A DNA stretch of 64,000 bases from the NCBI RefSeq assembly GCF_003704095.1, contig NW_020845948.1:1-64000 (forward strand). The letters run 5' to 3'. The notes under the pieces are model-generated. The model was not told where the DNA came from. It searched no databases and saw only the letters and a list, made by a program, of their open reading frames with translations. Position numbers and translations under genes: made by a program. Positions 62,728-64,000 of the stretch are shown piece by piece (the first letter of the stretch is position 1; each line of letters begins with the position of its first letter). Source of the DNA: Pocillopora damicornis (taxonomy: Eukaryota).

Positions 62728-62957
62728 ATGGCTCGTTGTAGTTATTTATTCTTGATTACTCTTATATTTACAAGTTTAAAGATCTCATCAGCGGACTCAA
62801 AGATCTCGGATGTTGTTTATAATCGTTCAAAGGAGTCCGCAGTAAGAGATCCCAGCGTGTTTTTAGCGATCATAGCTCGTAACGCCGCTCATCTTCTGCC
62901 CAATTGGCTCGCATACATCGAGAATTTGGATTACCCGAAGAATCGAATGTCTGTTTG
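62728..62957 (+). CDS. COLGALT1: Procollagen galactosyltransferase (GT25), first coding exon; gene continues beyond the window
   Basis: Signal peptide, then PSVFLAIIARNAAHLLPNWLAYIENLDYPKNRMSVW, matching the COLGALT/GLT25D N-terminus. Donor TG|gtgagt; ETS-like acttccgg upstream. Confidence 0.85.
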
Positions 62958-64000
62958 GTGAGTATTTTTTTTCTTGTGTTGTTTCATGTCAGAGACTCGT
63001 ACAGCTTTGAACCATATTCATGAGTAACGTAAGAAAATCATAATTACGTTCAAATTGTAGCCTGCCTACAAAAGCTCATTCACTGTGAATTAAGTTAGAG
63101 ATTCAAATTATTAAACTTCCCATGTAAATCTTAAATCTGTGTCATTGCCACTAATTGCCCTGAATAGTTCTTGCTTTCACAGTAACAGAGAGGTTAATCG
63201 AACCGTGGAAAGCTTTGTGTAGTCGAAACTTGTTCTTGGCACTATTTTGATGTCCGACAAGCTTGTGGGAAAATTCTCGTAGCGCGTGCCAACGTGTCAT
63301 GTCATTTTTTGAATTCCTTTACATTTCGTGAGGGACTGAGTACGAATTTCAACTTCATGGAGTATTTCCTTTGATAATTTGAAGATTTATGCACAATTTT
63401 GTCTTATGCATGAGTGAAAAGCATACCTGCAAACTAAGCTTTTAAGGTTTTGAAATTAATGACAATAATTCCTAAGAGAAAAATTTGTGTGCTTAGGCAC
63501 TTTTCTGACTGACAAAAATAAACTTCTTTTTAACCCTTCAACTCCCAAGACCTCATTGTTAATTATTCTATTTTAGATGCAACACATTTTGTTGTAAATT
63601 AATTTATGAGAATTTGATGCTAGATCAAGATAACAACTTCTACCTGATAGGTTTGAGAATTCTCATTACCTGTTTGCTGGAAATTGTAAGGATGTGATAG
63701 CGAGAAGTTAAATGTTAATCACTCATGGGAATTGAACAGTCAAACAGTGGCTGGACTGTGCAAAGTCCTTTTTTTGGAGAATTTGTTAGTCATAGGGTTG
63801 TCCCTGGGTAATGGATTGCAACATGCTTGAACTGTGGGGTGTTGGAGTTGTGTTGAGGCCTTTGTACTGCAGGGTCTATTCTCAAGTGTGGCCTTAGGAA
63901 ATTTTTGCAATTTTTTTCTCTTTAAATGCCTCATAAAACATTTTCCCTGGTGTTGGATCAGGTGCAAAAAGTTGTTTTCAAGGATAAGTACCTGTCTTTT

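Noticed and set aside
63740-64000. Second exon of COLGALT1
   Set aside because: Translation lacks the expected TDHNxDNT motif.

Overview
AT-rich, intron-containing animal genomic DNA with two assembly gaps. The repeat families and gene content (NLRs, ShKT and CAP proteins) suggest a stony coral or other anthozoan; this is an inference. Left part (1-20.6 kb): two tandem minus-strand NLR immune receptor genes. Each encodes an N-terminal CXorf38/DUF4559-like domain with an intact HEPN-type RNxxxH motif, a coiled coil, a NACHT ATPase and ribonuclease-inhibitor-type LRRs. WDR83/MORG1 follows (20.7-24.0 kb). Middle and right (27.6-60.9 kb): five consecutive genes for predicted secreted proteins, namely a Pro/Ala/Thr mucin-like protein, a 3xShKT protein, a small CAP protein, a giant two-CAP protein with a ~1000-aa low-complexity spacer, and a 1xShKT protein with a long disordered tail. 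The first exon of COLGALT1 closes the window. Introns and intergenic DNA carry Penelope fragments with hammerhead-ribozyme cores, several MITE families, a tRNA-derived SINE, and LINE and BEL fragments. All exon models were built by hand from GT-AG sites and reading-frame phase. The most striking candidate system is the pair of putative HEPN-RNase-effector NLRs with hypervariable LRR islands.
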